Notes: generated from the sequence alone by a model not told the origin. Counted from the stretch's first letter, positions 1-9,714 are shown. The stretch is 64,000 bases of DNA from Candidatus Eiseniibacteriota bacterium (GCA_041483195.1 JBGPFC010000006.1:1-64000), one strand, 5' to 3'. Numbers and translations: made by a program.

Positions 1-827
1 AGCGTGAAGGCCAACTCCTGCACCGCCGTCGAGCCGGCCTCGCGGATGTGGTAGCCCGAGACCGAGATGGTGTTCCACTGCGGGATCCGCTTGGTCGCGA
101 ACTCGATCAAGTCCACGATGATCCGCAGCGAAGGACGCGGCGGGAAGCACCAGCACTTCTGCGCGATGTACTCCTTGAGAATGTCGTTCTGGAGCGTTCC
201 GCGCAGCCTCGAGAACGGCACCCCGCGCTTCTCGGCGTTCGCGAGGTAGAAGGCGAACAGCGTCGCCGCCGGGCCGTTGATGGTCATCGAGGTCGAGATC
301 GCGCCGGGATCGATCCCGTCGAGCAGGATCTCCATGTCGCGCAGGCTGTCCACCGCCACCCCGCACTTGCCCACCTCGCCGTGCGCCTTCGGATGATCGC
401 TGTCGTACCCCATGATGGTGGGATTGTCGAAGGCGATCGAAAGCCCGGTCTGCCCCTGCGCGAACAACCGGTGGTAGCGCTCGTTCGACTCGCGCGGCCC
501 GGCGAACCCCGAGAACTGACGCATGGTGTACATGCGCCCGCGATACATCGTGGGATGGATGCCGCGCGTGTATGGATACTCGCCGGGGAACGAGAGGTCG
601 CGCGCGGGATCGATGCCCTCGAGATCGGCGGCGGTGTAGAGCGGCTTGATGGGGACGCCCGAGATCGTGAAGGGGTAGAGGTCCGCTCGCTCCTTCGCCT
701 GCGCGAAGCGCTGGGTCCATGCCGTGCGCTGCGCCGCGAAGGATGGCCCGTCCTCGCGTGCCGGCGCGGCGGGGCGGGCGGCTCCGCGGTGGCGAGGGCC
801 GGCCGTTCGTGGGGTTCGCATCGCCAT
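1..827 (-). CDS. B12-dependent acyl-CoA mutase large (substrate-binding) subunit, methylmalonyl-CoA mutase family, isobutyryl-CoA mutase-like; 3' end runs off the window
   Basis: Not in ORF track (no stop in window). Manual minus-strand translation from ATG 827 (RBS GAGGAG) gives [43 protein letters not shown] and [19 protein letters not shown]; meaB lies nearby. Confidence 0.93.
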   Translation of the reverse strand, partial: MAMRTPRTAGPRHRGAARPAAPAREDGPSFAAQRTAWTQRFAQAKERADLYPFTISGVPIKPLYTAADLEGIDPARDLSFPGEYPYTRGIHPTMYRGRMYTMRQFSGFAGPRESNERYHRLFAQGQTGLSIAFDNPTIMGYDSDHPKAHGEVGKCGVAVDSLRDMEILLDGIDPGAISTSMTINGPAATLFAFYLANAEKRGVPFSRLRGTLQNDILKEYIAQKCWCFPPRPSLRIIVDLIEFATKRIPQWNTISVSGYHIREAGSTAVQELAFT

Positions 828-888
828 GGGGTCTCTCCTCGCCCGAATCCTCGCCGCGCGCGGCCCGCGCGGACTTCGCAACCGAACG

Positions 889-918
889 AGAGTAAGGCGG
901 CGCGCGAAGTCGGGTCAA
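889..918 (-). promoter_or_regulatory. putative sigma70 promoter for the mutase gene
   Basis: TTGACC-N18-TACTCT on minus strand upstream of ATG 827. Confidence 0.5.
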
Positions 919-979
919 GAACGGGAGGCGGGCGGCATGCGCGGGGCGCGCGCCGGCGGACCGCCGCCTCTCCGCCGGG

Positions 980-1528
980 CTACCGCCTCAGCCGCTCGAA
1001 GTGGTGCTTGCGCGCCTTCGCGACCTTGGGCGCGATCACGGCCTGGCAGTACGGCTGGTACGGATTCCGCGCGAAATACTGCTGGTGGTAGTCCTCCGCC
1101 GGGAAGAATTTCTCGAGCGGCACGAGCTGCGTGACGAGCGGGGCGCTCCAACGCCCCTCGCGCGAAAGCTCGGCCATCACCTCCTCGGCGACGCGCTTCT
1201 GCGCGGCCGAGTGGAAGAAGATCGCGGAGCGGTACTGGGTCCCGACGTCGCCGCCCTGCCGGTCGGGCGTCGTGGGATCGTGAATGGTGAAGAACACGTC
1301 GAGCAGGTCGCGGAACGAGATCTCGGCCGGATCGAACGTGACCTGCACCACCTCGGCGTGTCCGGTCGTTCCCGAGCAGACCTCCTGGTACGACGTCGCA
1401 TCGGGGGCTCCCCCCGCGAAGCCCGAGACCACGCGCTCGACGCCGCGCAGCTCTGTGAACACCGCCTCGAGACACCAGAAGCATCCACCCGCGAGGGTGG
1501 CGGTTTCCTTCGCTTGCCGGTCGTTCAT
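980..1528 (-). CDS. msrA: peptide-methionine (S)-S-oxide reductase MsrA
   Basis: GGCFWC catalytic motif, TTGHAEVV, HDPT, QYRSAIF, AEDYHQQY; start trimmed to ATG 1528 (RBS AAGGA). Confidence 0.96.
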   Translation of the reverse strand: MNDRQAKETATLAGGCFWCLEAVFTELRGVERVVSGFAGGAPDATSYQEVCSGTTGHAEVVQVTFDPAEISFRDLLDVFFTIHDPTTPDRQGGDVGTQYRSAIFFHSAAQKRVAEEVMAELSREGRWSAPLVTQLVPLEKFFPAEDYHQQYFARNPYQPYCQAVIAPKVAKARKHHFERLRR

Positions 1529-1581
1529 GAATTCCTTTCCGCCTTGGGACGGTTCGCCCCGCGGCGCCGCCGATACGAGGC

Positions 1582-2553
1582 TCAGGCCTCCGGCGTGACC
1601 ACCGCCCCGAGCGCCGCGAGCCGGGCGGCGGCCTGATGCGGCGTGAGCCGTCGCGTGGCGAGCGCGTCGACGCTCGCGCTCCACGAGGCGGCCGGAACCC
1701 GCGCGCGGAACTCGCCCCACATCTGTTCGCGCAGCAGCCCCTCGAGCCGCTGCTCGAGCCGCCGGCGTCGGCGGTGCTCGAGCCCGCCCCGCGCCTTCAG
1801 CCATGCGACGTGCTCCTCGAACCGCTCGAGCGCCTCCCCGACGCCCTCGCCCTGGGAGGCGATGGTGAGCAGCACCGGGGGGCTCCATCCGCCGTGCGCT
1901 GCGCGCAGCTCGAGCGCGGACTGCACGGCGAACGCCGCGCGCTCGGCGCCCTCGCGATCGGCCTTGTTGATGATGAACAGGTCGCCGATCTCCATGAGCC
2001 CCGCCTTCATCGCCTGGATGCCGTCGCCCGATTCGGGCACCAGCACCACGGCGGTCGAGTCGGCGGTCTGCGCGACCTCGAGCTCGCTCTGCCCGACGCC
2101 CACGGTCTCGATGAGAATGCGCGTGAAGCCGGCGGCGTCGAGCACGTCGCACACCTGCGCGGTGTGAACCGCCAGCCCGCCCATGCTGCCGCGCGTCGCC
2201 ATCGAGCGGATGAACACGCCGGGATCCCCCGCCAGCTCGCCCATGCGCACGCGATCGCCGAGCAGCGCGCCGCCGCTGAAGGGGCTGGTCGGATCGACCG
2301 CCACCACCGCCACGGTCTCGCCGCGCGTGCGATAGGCCAGGGCGAGGCGCGTCACCAGCGTGCTCTTCCCCGCGCCCGGCGGCCCGGTGATGCCGAGGCG
2401 AAACGCGCGCCCGGTCCGCCCGAAGCAGGCGTCCAGGATCTCGACGGAGCCGCCCGCCTCGTTCTCGACGCGCGAGATCGCGCGCGCGAGCGCCACGCGC
2501 TCGCCGCGCAGCGTGCGGCGGATGAGGTCGGCGGTCAGAGGCCTCGAGGTCAT
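1582..2553 (-). CDS. meaB: acyl-CoA mutase-associated GTPase MeaB/ArgK
   Basis: GPPGAGKST P-loop, AVDPTSPFSGGALLGDRVRM, RSMATRG, ETVGVGQSE, NKAD; start trimmed to ATG 2553. Confidence 0.95.
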   Translation of the reverse strand: MTSRPLTADLIRRTLRGERVALARAISRVENEAGGSVEILDACFGRTGRAFRLGITGPPGAGKSTLVTRLALAYRTRGETVAVVAVDPTSPFSGGALLGDRVRMGELAGDPGVFIRSMATRGSMGGLAVHTAQVCDVLDAAGFTRILIETVGVGQSELEVAQTADSTAVVLVPESGDGIQAMKAGLMEIGDLFIINKADREGAERAAFAVQSALELRAAHGGWSPPVLLTIASQGEGVGEALERFEEHVAWLKARGGLEHRRRRRLEQRLEGLLREQMWGEFRARVPAASWSASVDALATRRLTPHQAAARLAALGAVVTPEA

Positions 2554-2630
2554 GGGCTCCCGGTGGGTGCGCGGCGCGATGGAAACGCCTCGCGCGCGGC
2601 TCGGCGCGGCGGGACGATCGCGGAGGACGA

Positions 2631-2660
2631 AGCCTACGGCCCGCGCGCGCGGGCGGTCAA
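2631..2660 (-). promoter_or_regulatory. putative sigma70 promoter for meaB-msrA
   Basis: TTGACC-N18-TAGGCT. Confidence 0.5.
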
Positions 2661-2759
2661 GACCCGCGGCGCGCGGCGCGCGGCGCGCGAGTAGAATGCC
2701 GCGGGCAAGCTGGCGCTTCGAACGCATTCGACGGCCGGGCACGACCAGGGGGAACGACC

Positions 2760-4340
2760 ATGAGGCGTGGACGCATCGGGTGGCTCGCGGCCGCCGCGCT
2801 GGCGCTGACCGCGGGTTGCGGAAACGCGCAGCGGCGGCCGGAGCCCCCGCTCGACCTGTGGCTCTGGTACGGGGTCAACTTCGCGGACGACGCGGCGGCC
2901 TCACGGCTCGAAACCGTGTGGCGCCGCGCGGCGGCCGCCGGCTACCGGCACGTCATGCTCGCCGACACGAAGTTCGCGCGACTCGGCGAGATGGACGCAC
3001 GCTACCTCGCGAACCTCGCGCGGGCGCGCGCGCTCGGCGAATCGCTCGGGCTCGAGATCGTTCCCGGCGTGTTCCAGGTCGGGCGCTCCAACAGCATGCT
3101 GGCGCTGGCCCCCGACCTCGCGGAAGGCCTGCCCGTGCGCGATGCGCGGTTCGTGGCCGAGCACGGAGTCGCGCGGCTCAGGGCCACGCCCGAGGTGCGG
3201 CTCGGGGCGCGTCCCGACCGGGTCGATCCCGGCCTCGTGATCGTGGACGGCGTCGCGCGCACGAGCGGCGACGCGGCGCGCGCGCGCTTCATGTTCGGCC
3301 TGCGCGTCGCGCCGTTCCGCTGCTACCACCTCGCGGTGCGCGTGCGGACCCGCGATTACTCGGGCCGGCCGCGGGTGGAGGTGGTCGCGAACGGGCGCGC
3401 GATTCATTTCATGAAATCGCTCGGCGTCACGCGCACCCAGGACTGGACGACACACGACGTGGTGTTCAACTCGCTCGACCACGACGCCGTCGAGATCTGG
3501 TTCGGCGCATGGGAGGCGGCGCGGGGCACGCTCGAATGGAGGGACTGGCGCATCGAGGAGGCCGGGCCGGTGAACATCCTCCGGCGCCCGGGCGCGCCGT
3601 GCGTGGTCGCGGGGCGGGTCGAGGGCCGCGACTACGAGCCGATCCGCGATCCGAAGCTCGGCGTGACCCCGGCGCGCGGTTACTACGAAGCGTGGCACGA
3701 GCCCCCGCCGATCCGAACCTCGCTGCCGGACGGCACCCCGATGCGGGTTTCTTGGTATCAGGCCGCGATCGTGAACGACGGGCAGGTCGCGTGCTGCGTC
3801 GCCGACAGCGCGATCGTCCCGCTGCTCGCGGACGAAGCCGCCCGGGTGCGCGCGGCGTGGGGGGCGCGCGGCCTGCTCATGATGCACGACGAGATCCGCG
3901 CGATGGGCTGGGACGCTTCGTGCGCGGCGCGCGGCCAGACGCCGGGGGCGCTGCTCGCGGATCACGTGCGCACCTGCCTGAAGTTGTTGAAGGGCTCGAC
4001 CGTCTACGCGTGGGGCGACATGTTCGACCCCGCCCAGAACGCGGTGAAGGACTACTACCTGGTGAACGGCGATCTCGCCGGATCGTGGGAGGGTCTCGAC
4101 TCGAGCGTTGTGATCGTGAACTGGAACGCGCCCCACGCCCGCGAGTCGCTGCGTTTCTTCGCGGGGCGCGGGCACCGCCAGATCCTGGCCGGCTACTACG
4201 ACGGGCGCCCGGAGGAGATGCGCGGCTGGCTCACCGCCGCGCGCGGCGTGCCGGGGGTGATCGGCGTGATGTACACCACCTGGCGCGAGCGCTACGACGA
4301 CCTGGAGGCGTTCGCCGCGGTGTGTCGAGCGCGGCGCTGA
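2760..4340 (+). CDS. lipoprotein, putative glycoside hydrolase (TIM barrel, GH20-like motifs) with inserted carbohydrate-binding-like beta domain
   Basis: Lipobox LTAG-C; MMHDEIR, VYAWGDMFDP, VIVNWN, GVMYTTW; coding-like GC bias. Confidence 0.6.
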   Translation: MRRGRIGWLAAAALALTAGCGNAQRRPEPPLDLWLWYGVNFADDAAASRLETVWRRAAAAGYRHVMLADTKFARLGEMDARYLANLARARALGESLGLEIVPGVFQVGRSNSMLALAPDLAEGLPVRDARFVAEHGVARLRATPEVRLGARPDRVDPGLVIVDGVARTSGDAARARFMFGLRVAPFRCYHLAVRVRTRDYSGRPRVEVVANGRAIHFMKSLGVTRTQDWTTHDVVFNSLDHDAVEIWFGAWEAARGTLEWRDWRIEEAGPVNILRRPGAPCVVAGRVEGRDYEPIRDPKLGVTPARGYYEAWHEPPPIRTSLPDGTPMRVSWYQAAIVNDGQVACCVADSAIVPLLADEAARVRAAWGARGLLMMHDEIRAMGWDASCAARGQTPGALLADHVRTCLKLLKGSTVYAWGDMFDPAQNAVKDYYLVNGDLAGSWEGLDSSVVIVNWNAPHARESLRFFAGRGHRQILAGYYDGRPEEMRGWLTAARGVPGVIGVMYTTWRERYDDLEAFAAVCRARR

Positions 4341-4346
4341 GCGCGG

Positions 4347-4365
4347 CGCCCGGGCGACCCGGGCG
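4347..4365. terminator. GC hairpin between convergent genes (possible bidirectional terminator)
   Basis: CGCCCGGG-CGA-CCCGGGCG 8-bp stem, no U tract. Confidence 0.35.
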
Positions 4366-4374
4366 GATACTGGC

Positions 4375-5061
4375 TCACGCCTCGTCCGCCGGGAGCGTGC
4401 CGGCGGGCGGGGTCTTGTCGGGATCGCGGCGCCACAGGACGTACGAGTAGACCACGAGCCCCAGCACGGCGACGCCGCCCGCGACCGCGGGCCCGACGAT
4501 CGCCCACTCCGTTCGCACCAGCGTCGTGATCATCATCAGCACGCCGACCGTGATGCACAGCCATCCCCCGGCGCGATGGGTGTGCGTCCACGCGAGCTTG
4601 CTCGAAAGCGTCCAGGGCGTGCGGATGCCCACGAACCAGTTCGGCCGCAGCTTGGGCAGCAGGTTGCCGATGACCACCAGCACCGCGCCGATCGCGAGCG
4701 GCATGAGGGTCTCGGCCGCGATCTGAGATCCGCGCATCCGCAGGTGCATCATGCCGTACAACGCCGCCAGGAACGCGACCAGCGCGAGCCGGATCGTGGC
4801 GTATGCGCTCCCGAACGCCGCGTAGTTCGCGCGGCCCGGATCGATGCGGGGTAGAAACAGCGTGAGCAGGTAGAGCCCCAGCGTCTCGAGCGGCAGCCCC
4901 AGCAGGCCCTCGACCCGGCCGCCGAAACGGTCGGGCCGTGCGGAGAAGCCCCAGTGCACGGGAATCCTCGCGGGCGCGCTGTTCCAGGCCGCGGCGGCCA
5001 GCGCGAACATGCCAACGAGCAGCAGGAGGTGCGGCCATTCGCTGCGCCAGCGGAATTTCAT
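4375..5061 (-). CDS. sdpI: SdpI family immunity membrane protein (DUF1648 + SdpI)
   Basis: PARIPVHWG...PDRFG N-terminus; PNWFVGIRTPWTL...W..TH motif; multiple TM segments; overlaps ArsR gene stop. Confidence 0.88.
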   Translation of the reverse strand: MKFRWRSEWPHLLLLVGMFALAAAAWNSAPARIPVHWGFSARPDRFGGRVEGLLGLPLETLGLYLLTLFLPRIDPGRANYAAFGSAYATIRLALVAFLAALYGMMHLRMRGSQIAAETLMPLAIGAVLVVIGNLLPKLRPNWFVGIRTPWTLSSKLAWTHTHRAGGWLCITVGVLMMITTLVRTEWAIVGPAVAGGVAVLGLVVYSYVLWRRDPDKTPPAGTLPADEA

Positions 5062-5351
5062 CGGGAGCGCTCCTTCTTCACGGGGTCGCCGGTGTGGAGC
5101 AGCTCCATCACCGCGGACACCGCGTCCTCGAACGAGGAGAGGTTGAGGCTGTAGACGATGCTCGTACCCTTGCGCTCGGAAACGATGAGGCCCGCGTGGC
5201 GCAGCACGTTGAAGTGCCCCGACAGCGTGGACTTCGCGAGCGGGAAGCGATCGGCGATCTCGCCGGCGCTCAGGTCGCGCCGGCGCAGGAGCTTCAGGAT
5301 CTCGCGCCGCGTGGGATCGCCGAGCGCGCGGAACACGGCATTGACGGACAA
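5058..5351 (-). CDS. sdpR: ArsR/SdpR family autorepressor
   Basis: FRALGDPTRREILKLL..LSAGEIA..F...KSTLSGHFNVL; TTG start with RBS AAGGAGG; coupled to sdpI. Confidence 0.88.
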   Translation of the reverse strand: MSVNAVFRALGDPTRREILKLLRRRDLSAGEIADRFPLAKSTLSGHFNVLRHAGLIVSERKGTSIVYSLNLSSFEDAVSAVMELLHTGDPVKKERSR

Positions 5352-5367
5352 GCGGGCCTCCTTCGGT

Positions 5368-5413
5368 AATTCGGGAACAACCGAAATATAACCGGGCGCG
5401 ACGCTCGACGCAA
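5368..5413 (-). promoter_or_regulatory. sigma70 promoter plus overlapping inverted-repeat operator of sdpR-sdpI
   Basis: TTGCGT(5413-5408)-N17-TATATT(5390-5385); imperfect palindrome ATTTCGG-ttgttc-CCGAATT at 5368-5387 overlapping/just downstream of the -10. Confidence 0.65.
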
Positions 5414-5462
5414 GAAGAAAGAATGCGGGCCGGCCGCCTCGTGCGGATCGCCGCCGCCGGCC

Positions 5463-6815
5463 TCAGGCGCTGCGCCGCTCCGCCAGCCCGATCTCGGCCA
5501 GCACGCGCCGCGCGATGGTTTCGGCGGCGTGGGGCGTGGCAAGGCGCGCGGCGCCCTCGCGCACGCGCTCCCGCGCCTCGGCGTCCGCGAGCCAGCGCCC
5601 CACCGCGCTCTCGACGGCGTGCACGTCGTCCGCGTGAATGGCCGCCCCGCCCGCCTCGAGGTACTCGGCGTTGCGCTCCTCCTGCCCCGGCGTGGGGCGG
5701 AAGATGACGAGCGGAGTGCGCTTGATGAGCGCCTCGGAGCAGGTGAGGCCACCCGCCTTGCTCACCACCACGTCACACGCCTCGAGCAGCAGGTTCACGT
5801 CGTGGGTGTAGCCGAGGGCGCGCACGTGTCCCGCCCGCGCGGCCGGGAGCGTCTCGATCTCGGACTTGAGCCGCGCGTTGAGCCCGCACACCACGATCAC
5901 CAGCGGCTCGAGCGCGAGCGCCGCGAGCCGCTCCGCGACCTCGGCGAGCGGACCGATGCCGCCGCCGCCGCCCATGATCAACACGGCCGGGCGGCGGGCG
6001 TCGATCGCGAGCCGCGCACGCGCCTCGTCGCGTCCGATGGTCTGATCGAACTTCGGATCCACCGGGATGCCGGTGACGTCGATGCGATCGCGTGCGACGC
6101 CGTGGCCGGCCAGCTCCTGCGCGACGCGCTCGCTCGCGACGAAGTAGCGGTCGACGTGCGGGAACGCCCAGAACGGATGCGCCGTGAAATCGGTGATGAC
6201 GCAGTAGAGCGGAACGCGCAGCCGGCCGCCGCCGCGCCGCGGCGAGAGCGCTTCGACCGGGAGAAAATGCGTGCACACGACCGCGTCCGGTCCTTCGCGC
6301 TCGAGGACGCGCACCAGGCGTCTGAGGTTGAGGCGGTCCATCGCGAGCCGCACCGGAGCGGTGCTGCGGTTGACCGGGGCCGCCGCCCACGAACGGTAGA
6401 GCGCGCCCCACAGGCGCGGGGCGCGCGCGGCCATCGCGTTGTACGAAGCCGCGTAGGTGTCGCGATAGAGGCGCGACGCGAACACCAGGGTGTCCATCTC
6501 GCGCACCAGCGCTCCGGGCCGGAGCCGGCTGATCGCGGCGGCCAGCGCCTCGGCCGCGCGCTTATGCCCGCTTCCGGCGGTCGCGTGCAGGATCGCGATC
6601 CGCGGCGCGCCCGCCGCGCCCGCTTCTCCGGCCAGCGTCTCCACCGCGATCGCGCCGTGCCCCACCGCGGGGAACAGCACCTCGGCCGATGACGCCGCCG
6701 CCCGGGCGCGCCAGCGCGCACGCCACCAGCGCCGTTGCGCGCGCAGACGCGCGCGCCAGCCCAGCGTGATGCGCGCCGGCAGCCGCAGCCTGCCGAACCG
6801 GGGGAGCTTCACCAT
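5463..6815 (-). CDS. MGDG synthase/UgtP-like diacylglycerol glycosyltransferase (GT28)
   Basis: AGSGHKRAAEAL, PDAVVCTHF, VITDF, TGIPVDPKF, KAGGLTCSEA, PGQEERNAEYL; start uncertain (Arg-rich N-terminal extension). Confidence 0.85.
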   Translation of the reverse strand: MVKLPRFGRLRLPARITLGWRARLRAQRRWWRARWRARAAASSAEVLFPAVGHGAIAVETLAGEAGAAGAPRIAILHATAGSGHKRAAEALAAAISRLRPGALVREMDTLVFASRLYRDTYAASYNAMAARAPRLWGALYRSWAAAPVNRSTAPVRLAMDRLNLRRLVRVLEREGPDAVVCTHFLPVEALSPRRGGGRLRVPLYCVITDFTAHPFWAFPHVDRYFVASERVAQELAGHGVARDRIDVTGIPVDPKFDQTIGRDEARARLAIDARRPAVLIMGGGGGIGPLAEVAERLAALALEPLVIVVCGLNARLKSEIETLPAARAGHVRALGYTHDVNLLLEACDVVVSKAGGLTCSEALIKRTPLVIFRPTPGQEERNAEYLEAGGAAIHADDVHAVESAVGRWLADAEARERVREGAARLATPHAAETIARRVLAEIGLAERRSA

Positions 6816-6869
6816 GAGGCCGCAGTCTCCTGCCCACACGATCCGGCGCCCGTGCGTGGCGCGCCGCGT

Positions 6870-7220
6870 TCACTCGGTCACCGCGTTCCGATAATGCCGC
6901 AGCGTCAGGCCGTCCGCTTCGAATTCGATCGCCACCACATCGATGCGGACCGGATCCGTGCGCCCCGCAGCCACCGCGCGCGCCGCACGCAAGAGGCGCG
7001 CCTGTTTCGCGCGGTCCACCGCGACCGCCGCGCCGCCGTAATCCGCGCGGTTCCGCAGCTTCACCTCGACCACCACGCGGGCCACGCCGTCTCGCGCGAG
7101 GAGATCCACCTCGACGCCCGCGAGGCGGGTGTTGCGCGCCTCGATTCGAAGCCCCATCAGCTCGAGGTACGCGGCCGCGAGCGCCTCGCCGCGCTCCCCG
7201 CGCATCTTTGCCGTTCCCAC
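6870..7220 (-). CDS. yraN: YraN family protein (UPF0102)
   Basis: GERGEALAAAYL..G..I..RN....GEVDL-like, VVVEVK.R, RIDVVAI; GTG 7220 with GGGAG RBS. Confidence 0.88.
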   Translation of the reverse strand: MGTAKMRGERGEALAAAYLELMGLRIEARNTRLAGVEVDLLARDGVARVVVEVKLRNRADYGGAAVAVDRAKQARLLRAARAVAAGRTDPVRIDVVAIEFEADGLTLRHYRNAVTE

Positions 7221-7325
7221 GCGTGTCGCTCCCACGGGGGCGGGTGATGCGGAGGCACCGCGCAGTCTAGCGCGTTTGGGTGCCGCGCGCGCGGCGACGC
7301 CGCGCGCGGCGCGAATCCGGTTTGC

Positions 7326-7946
7326 TCAGGCCCGCTTCCGAACGTACTTCCAGTTTCGAGTCTTGCCATCGGTCATCCATGCGACCGCGGTCTCGATGCG
7401 CCGCCGGCGCGTGTCGTCGCCCCGGGCCTCCGTGATCCACTCCACGTATTCCCGCCGGTGGCTCGGGCTGAAGCCCTTGAAGGCGGCGAGCGCCTTCGGG
7501 TGCTTCCGGAGCGCGGCCATGATAGGGGCTGGCGTCTTCACCGGCGCCGCGCGGCGCGGCCTCGGCTTCGTGGGCCGACGGATGCCCTCGTCGTTGAGCG
7601 CGACGGCCTTTCTGACGAATCGCAGGAGGGTCTGCTCGCCGGGCAGGTCGGCGATCGCGGTGATGCGCCCGAACTGTCCCATCGCGGGCTCGTCGGCCGT
7701 CGCACCGGGCTTCCGCGCGTCGACGATCAGGCCCCCCTTCCAGAATCCGAACGTGCAGTGGCGCTTGAACGCGGCCATTCCGCACAGGATGCCCTTGTAC
7801 ATGAAGTGAGGAAAACCCCACTTGAGAGTCTCTTCCACCTCGGGACCGGCGGCGTGCACCGTCTTGCGGAGATGCCTGAGGATCGGCTTCGCGAAATCGC
7901 CGGACTTCGCGATGTACGCGTCGACGCGCGGGTCTCTCTTGCTCAC
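7326..7946 (-). CDS. YdeI/OmpD-associated family protein (DUF1801 + OmdA)
   Basis: DPRVDAYI..FAKPIL, EETLKWGFPHF, FSPSHRREYVEWITEA...TR.RR; GTG start with GAGGAGG. Confidence 0.85.
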   Translation of the reverse strand: MSKRDPRVDAYIAKSGDFAKPILRHLRKTVHAAGPEVEETLKWGFPHFMYKGILCGMAAFKRHCTFGFWKGGLIVDARKPGATADEPAMGQFGRITAIADLPGEQTLLRFVRKAVALNDEGIRRPTKPRPRRAAPVKTPAPIMAALRKHPKALAAFKGFSPSHRREYVEWITEARGDDTRRRRIETAVAWMTDGKTRNWKYVRKRA

Positions 7947-8000
7947 GCACCCTCCTCTCATGACGGCCCGGGGCGGATCAAGTCCCCCCGCCCGGGCCGG

Positions 8001-8405
8001 CTAGTGTGGATCGCCGGTCGGGACGACGCCGGCATTCTCCACCATCAGGATCACGGTCCGCTCCGGCGCACGCGTGCGGTGCTCGACGCCTTTCGGCACG
8101 ACGAAGCCCTCGCGCGGCGCGAGCTCCACCGTGCGGCCCACGAGGTCGATGAGCAGCCGCCCTTCGATCACGTAGAAGAATTCGTCATCCTGGTCGTGAT
8201 GGTGCCAGTGATACTCGCCCTGGATCACGCCCAGACGCACGACCGAATCGTTGACCCGGCAGAGCGTCTGGTTGTACCAGCGGTCGGTGCAAGCTTCGAC
8301 GAGCGCCTGCACGTCCACGATCTGGAGCGGCCCCCGCAGGATGTCGAGATGCGTGGCGTACGGGTAGGGCGGGCGCGGCCCGGGTGCCGAACGAGAATCA
8401 GCCAT
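8001..8405 (-). CDS. cupin domain protein
   Basis: GEYHWHHHDQDDEFFYVIEG...VVPKGVEHRT cupin motifs. Confidence 0.88.
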   Translation of the reverse strand: MADSRSAPGPRPPYPYATHLDILRGPLQIVDVQALVEACTDRWYNQTLCRVNDSVVRLGVIQGEYHWHHHDQDDEFFYVIEGRLLIDLVGRTVELAPREGFVVPKGVEHRTRAPERTVILMVENAGVVPTGDPH

Positions 8406-8982
8406 GGCCGGGATCGCTCCTGGGCCACTCCCTGCGCAACAATCCGAAGATCAGCGCGTCCTGAATCTCGCCGTTCAGATGGTAGCGCTCACGCAGGTGG
8501 CCCTCACGGCGGAATCCGAGCCGCTCGAGCGTGCGGATGGAGCGCCCGTTCCTCGGGTCCGCGTCGGCCTCGATGCGGTGCAGCCCGAGCGTGTCGAAGG
8601 CGAACGCGATCAGCGCCGAGAGCGCCTCGCTCATCAGGCCATGGCCCCAATGCGCCCGGCCGAGCGAGTACCCGAGCTCCCCTCGCCGGTGCGCGAGGTC
8701 GAGGCAGAACAGCGTGCAGGTGCCGATCACCGCGTCATCCGAACGCAGGCACACGCCCCACTGGAACAGGGTTCGCGCGCGAAAACGCGCCTCGATCTCC
8801 CGCAGGAGCGCCTCGGCGCCGGCCGGGTCGCGCAGCGCGCGGGTGCTCCAGTAGCGGGTGACCTCGGGATCTCCGAATACCGAATACAGGGCGGGGATGT
8901 CAGCTTCCGTCATCCACCGCAGCGCGACTCGCGGCGCGGTGAGCGTCGGGAGCCGGTCGGCCCACTCGTACGGCGCGTTCAT
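8398..8982 (-). CDS. GNAT acetyltransferase, RimJ/RimL family
   Basis: ELGYSLGRAHWGHGLMSEAL, LHRIEA..DPRN..S...LERLGF..EG.LR. Confidence 0.9.
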   Translation of the reverse strand: MNAPYEWADRLPTLTAPRVALRWMTEADIPALYSVFGDPEVTRYWSTRALRDPAGAEALLREIEARFRARTLFQWGVCLRSDDAVIGTCTLFCLDLAHRRGELGYSLGRAHWGHGLMSEALSALIAFAFDTLGLHRIEADADPRNGRSIRTLERLGFRREGHLRERYHLNGEIQDALIFGLLRREWPRSDPGHG

Positions 8983-9081
8983 CGGGGCGGCACGATCGAG
9001 TCCATGCGGGCGCCGCGGGGGTCGACCCGTGGCTCCATCTCATTGGCAGTGCGCGGCCGGATTCTCACTCGCTCGCTCCCG

Positions 9082-9714
9082 TCACACCAGCGGCAGCTCG
9101 AGTTCTATCACGGGCGCGAACGAATAGCGATGCAGCGGGCACGGGCCGTGTGCGTCGAGCGCCGCCAGGTGCTCGGGAGTACCGTAGCCCTTGTGTCGCG
9201 CGAAGCCGTAGGCCGGCCACACGCGGTCGAGCCGCTCCATGATGCGATCGCGAACCACCTTCGCGACCACGGAGGCCGCGGCGATCGAGAGCATGCACGC
9301 ATCTCCGCCGACGACCGCGCGCTGCGCGCAGGCGAGTCCCGGCACGGCGTCGCGCCCATCCACCAGCACCAGGTCGGGCGCGGTGGCGAGCCGCAGCACC
9401 GCGCGGCGCATCGCCTCGAGGCTCGCGCGGCGGATGTTCACGCGATCGATCGCGCGTGGACCGATCACCGCCCACGCAAAGCCCCTGGCCTCGGACCGGA
9501 CCCTGGCGAAAAGCGCATCGCGGGTCGACGCGGCGAGCTGCTTGCTGTCGTTCAACCCTTCCCAGCCGTCGCGCGACGCCAGCACCACGGCGGCGGCAAC
9601 CACCGGGCCCGCGAGCGGCCCGCGGCCGGCCTCGTCCACCCCCGCGACGGTCGTGCCGGGCCCGGCGAGCCGGGCCTCGGCGAGAGCCAGCCGGCGCCAG
9701 GGCAGGGACATCAC
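9082..9714 (-). CDS. rnhB: ribonuclease HII
   Basis: [44 protein letters not shown]; follows rplS. Confidence 0.97.
   Translation of the reverse strand: MMSLPWRRLALAEARLAGPGTTVAGVDEAGRGPLAGPVVAAAVVLASRDGWEGLNDSKQLAASTRDALFARVRSEARGFAWAVIGPRAIDRVNIRRASLEAMRRAVLRLATAPDLVLVDGRDAVPGLACAQRAVVGGDACMLSIAAASVVAKVVRDRIMERLDRVWPAYGFARHKGYGTPEHLAALDAHGPCPLHRYSFAPVIELELPLV

Noticed and set aside
48..1091. 347-aa plus-strand ORF
   Set aside because: Antisense shadow of the mutase gene; Arg/Ala-rich with no motifs. The same applies to most overlapping track ORFs in this GC-rich DNA.
980..2152. Apparent 390-aa MsrA with long N-terminal domain
   Set aside because: The extension is an alternative frame of meaB; a good RBS precedes ATG 1528.
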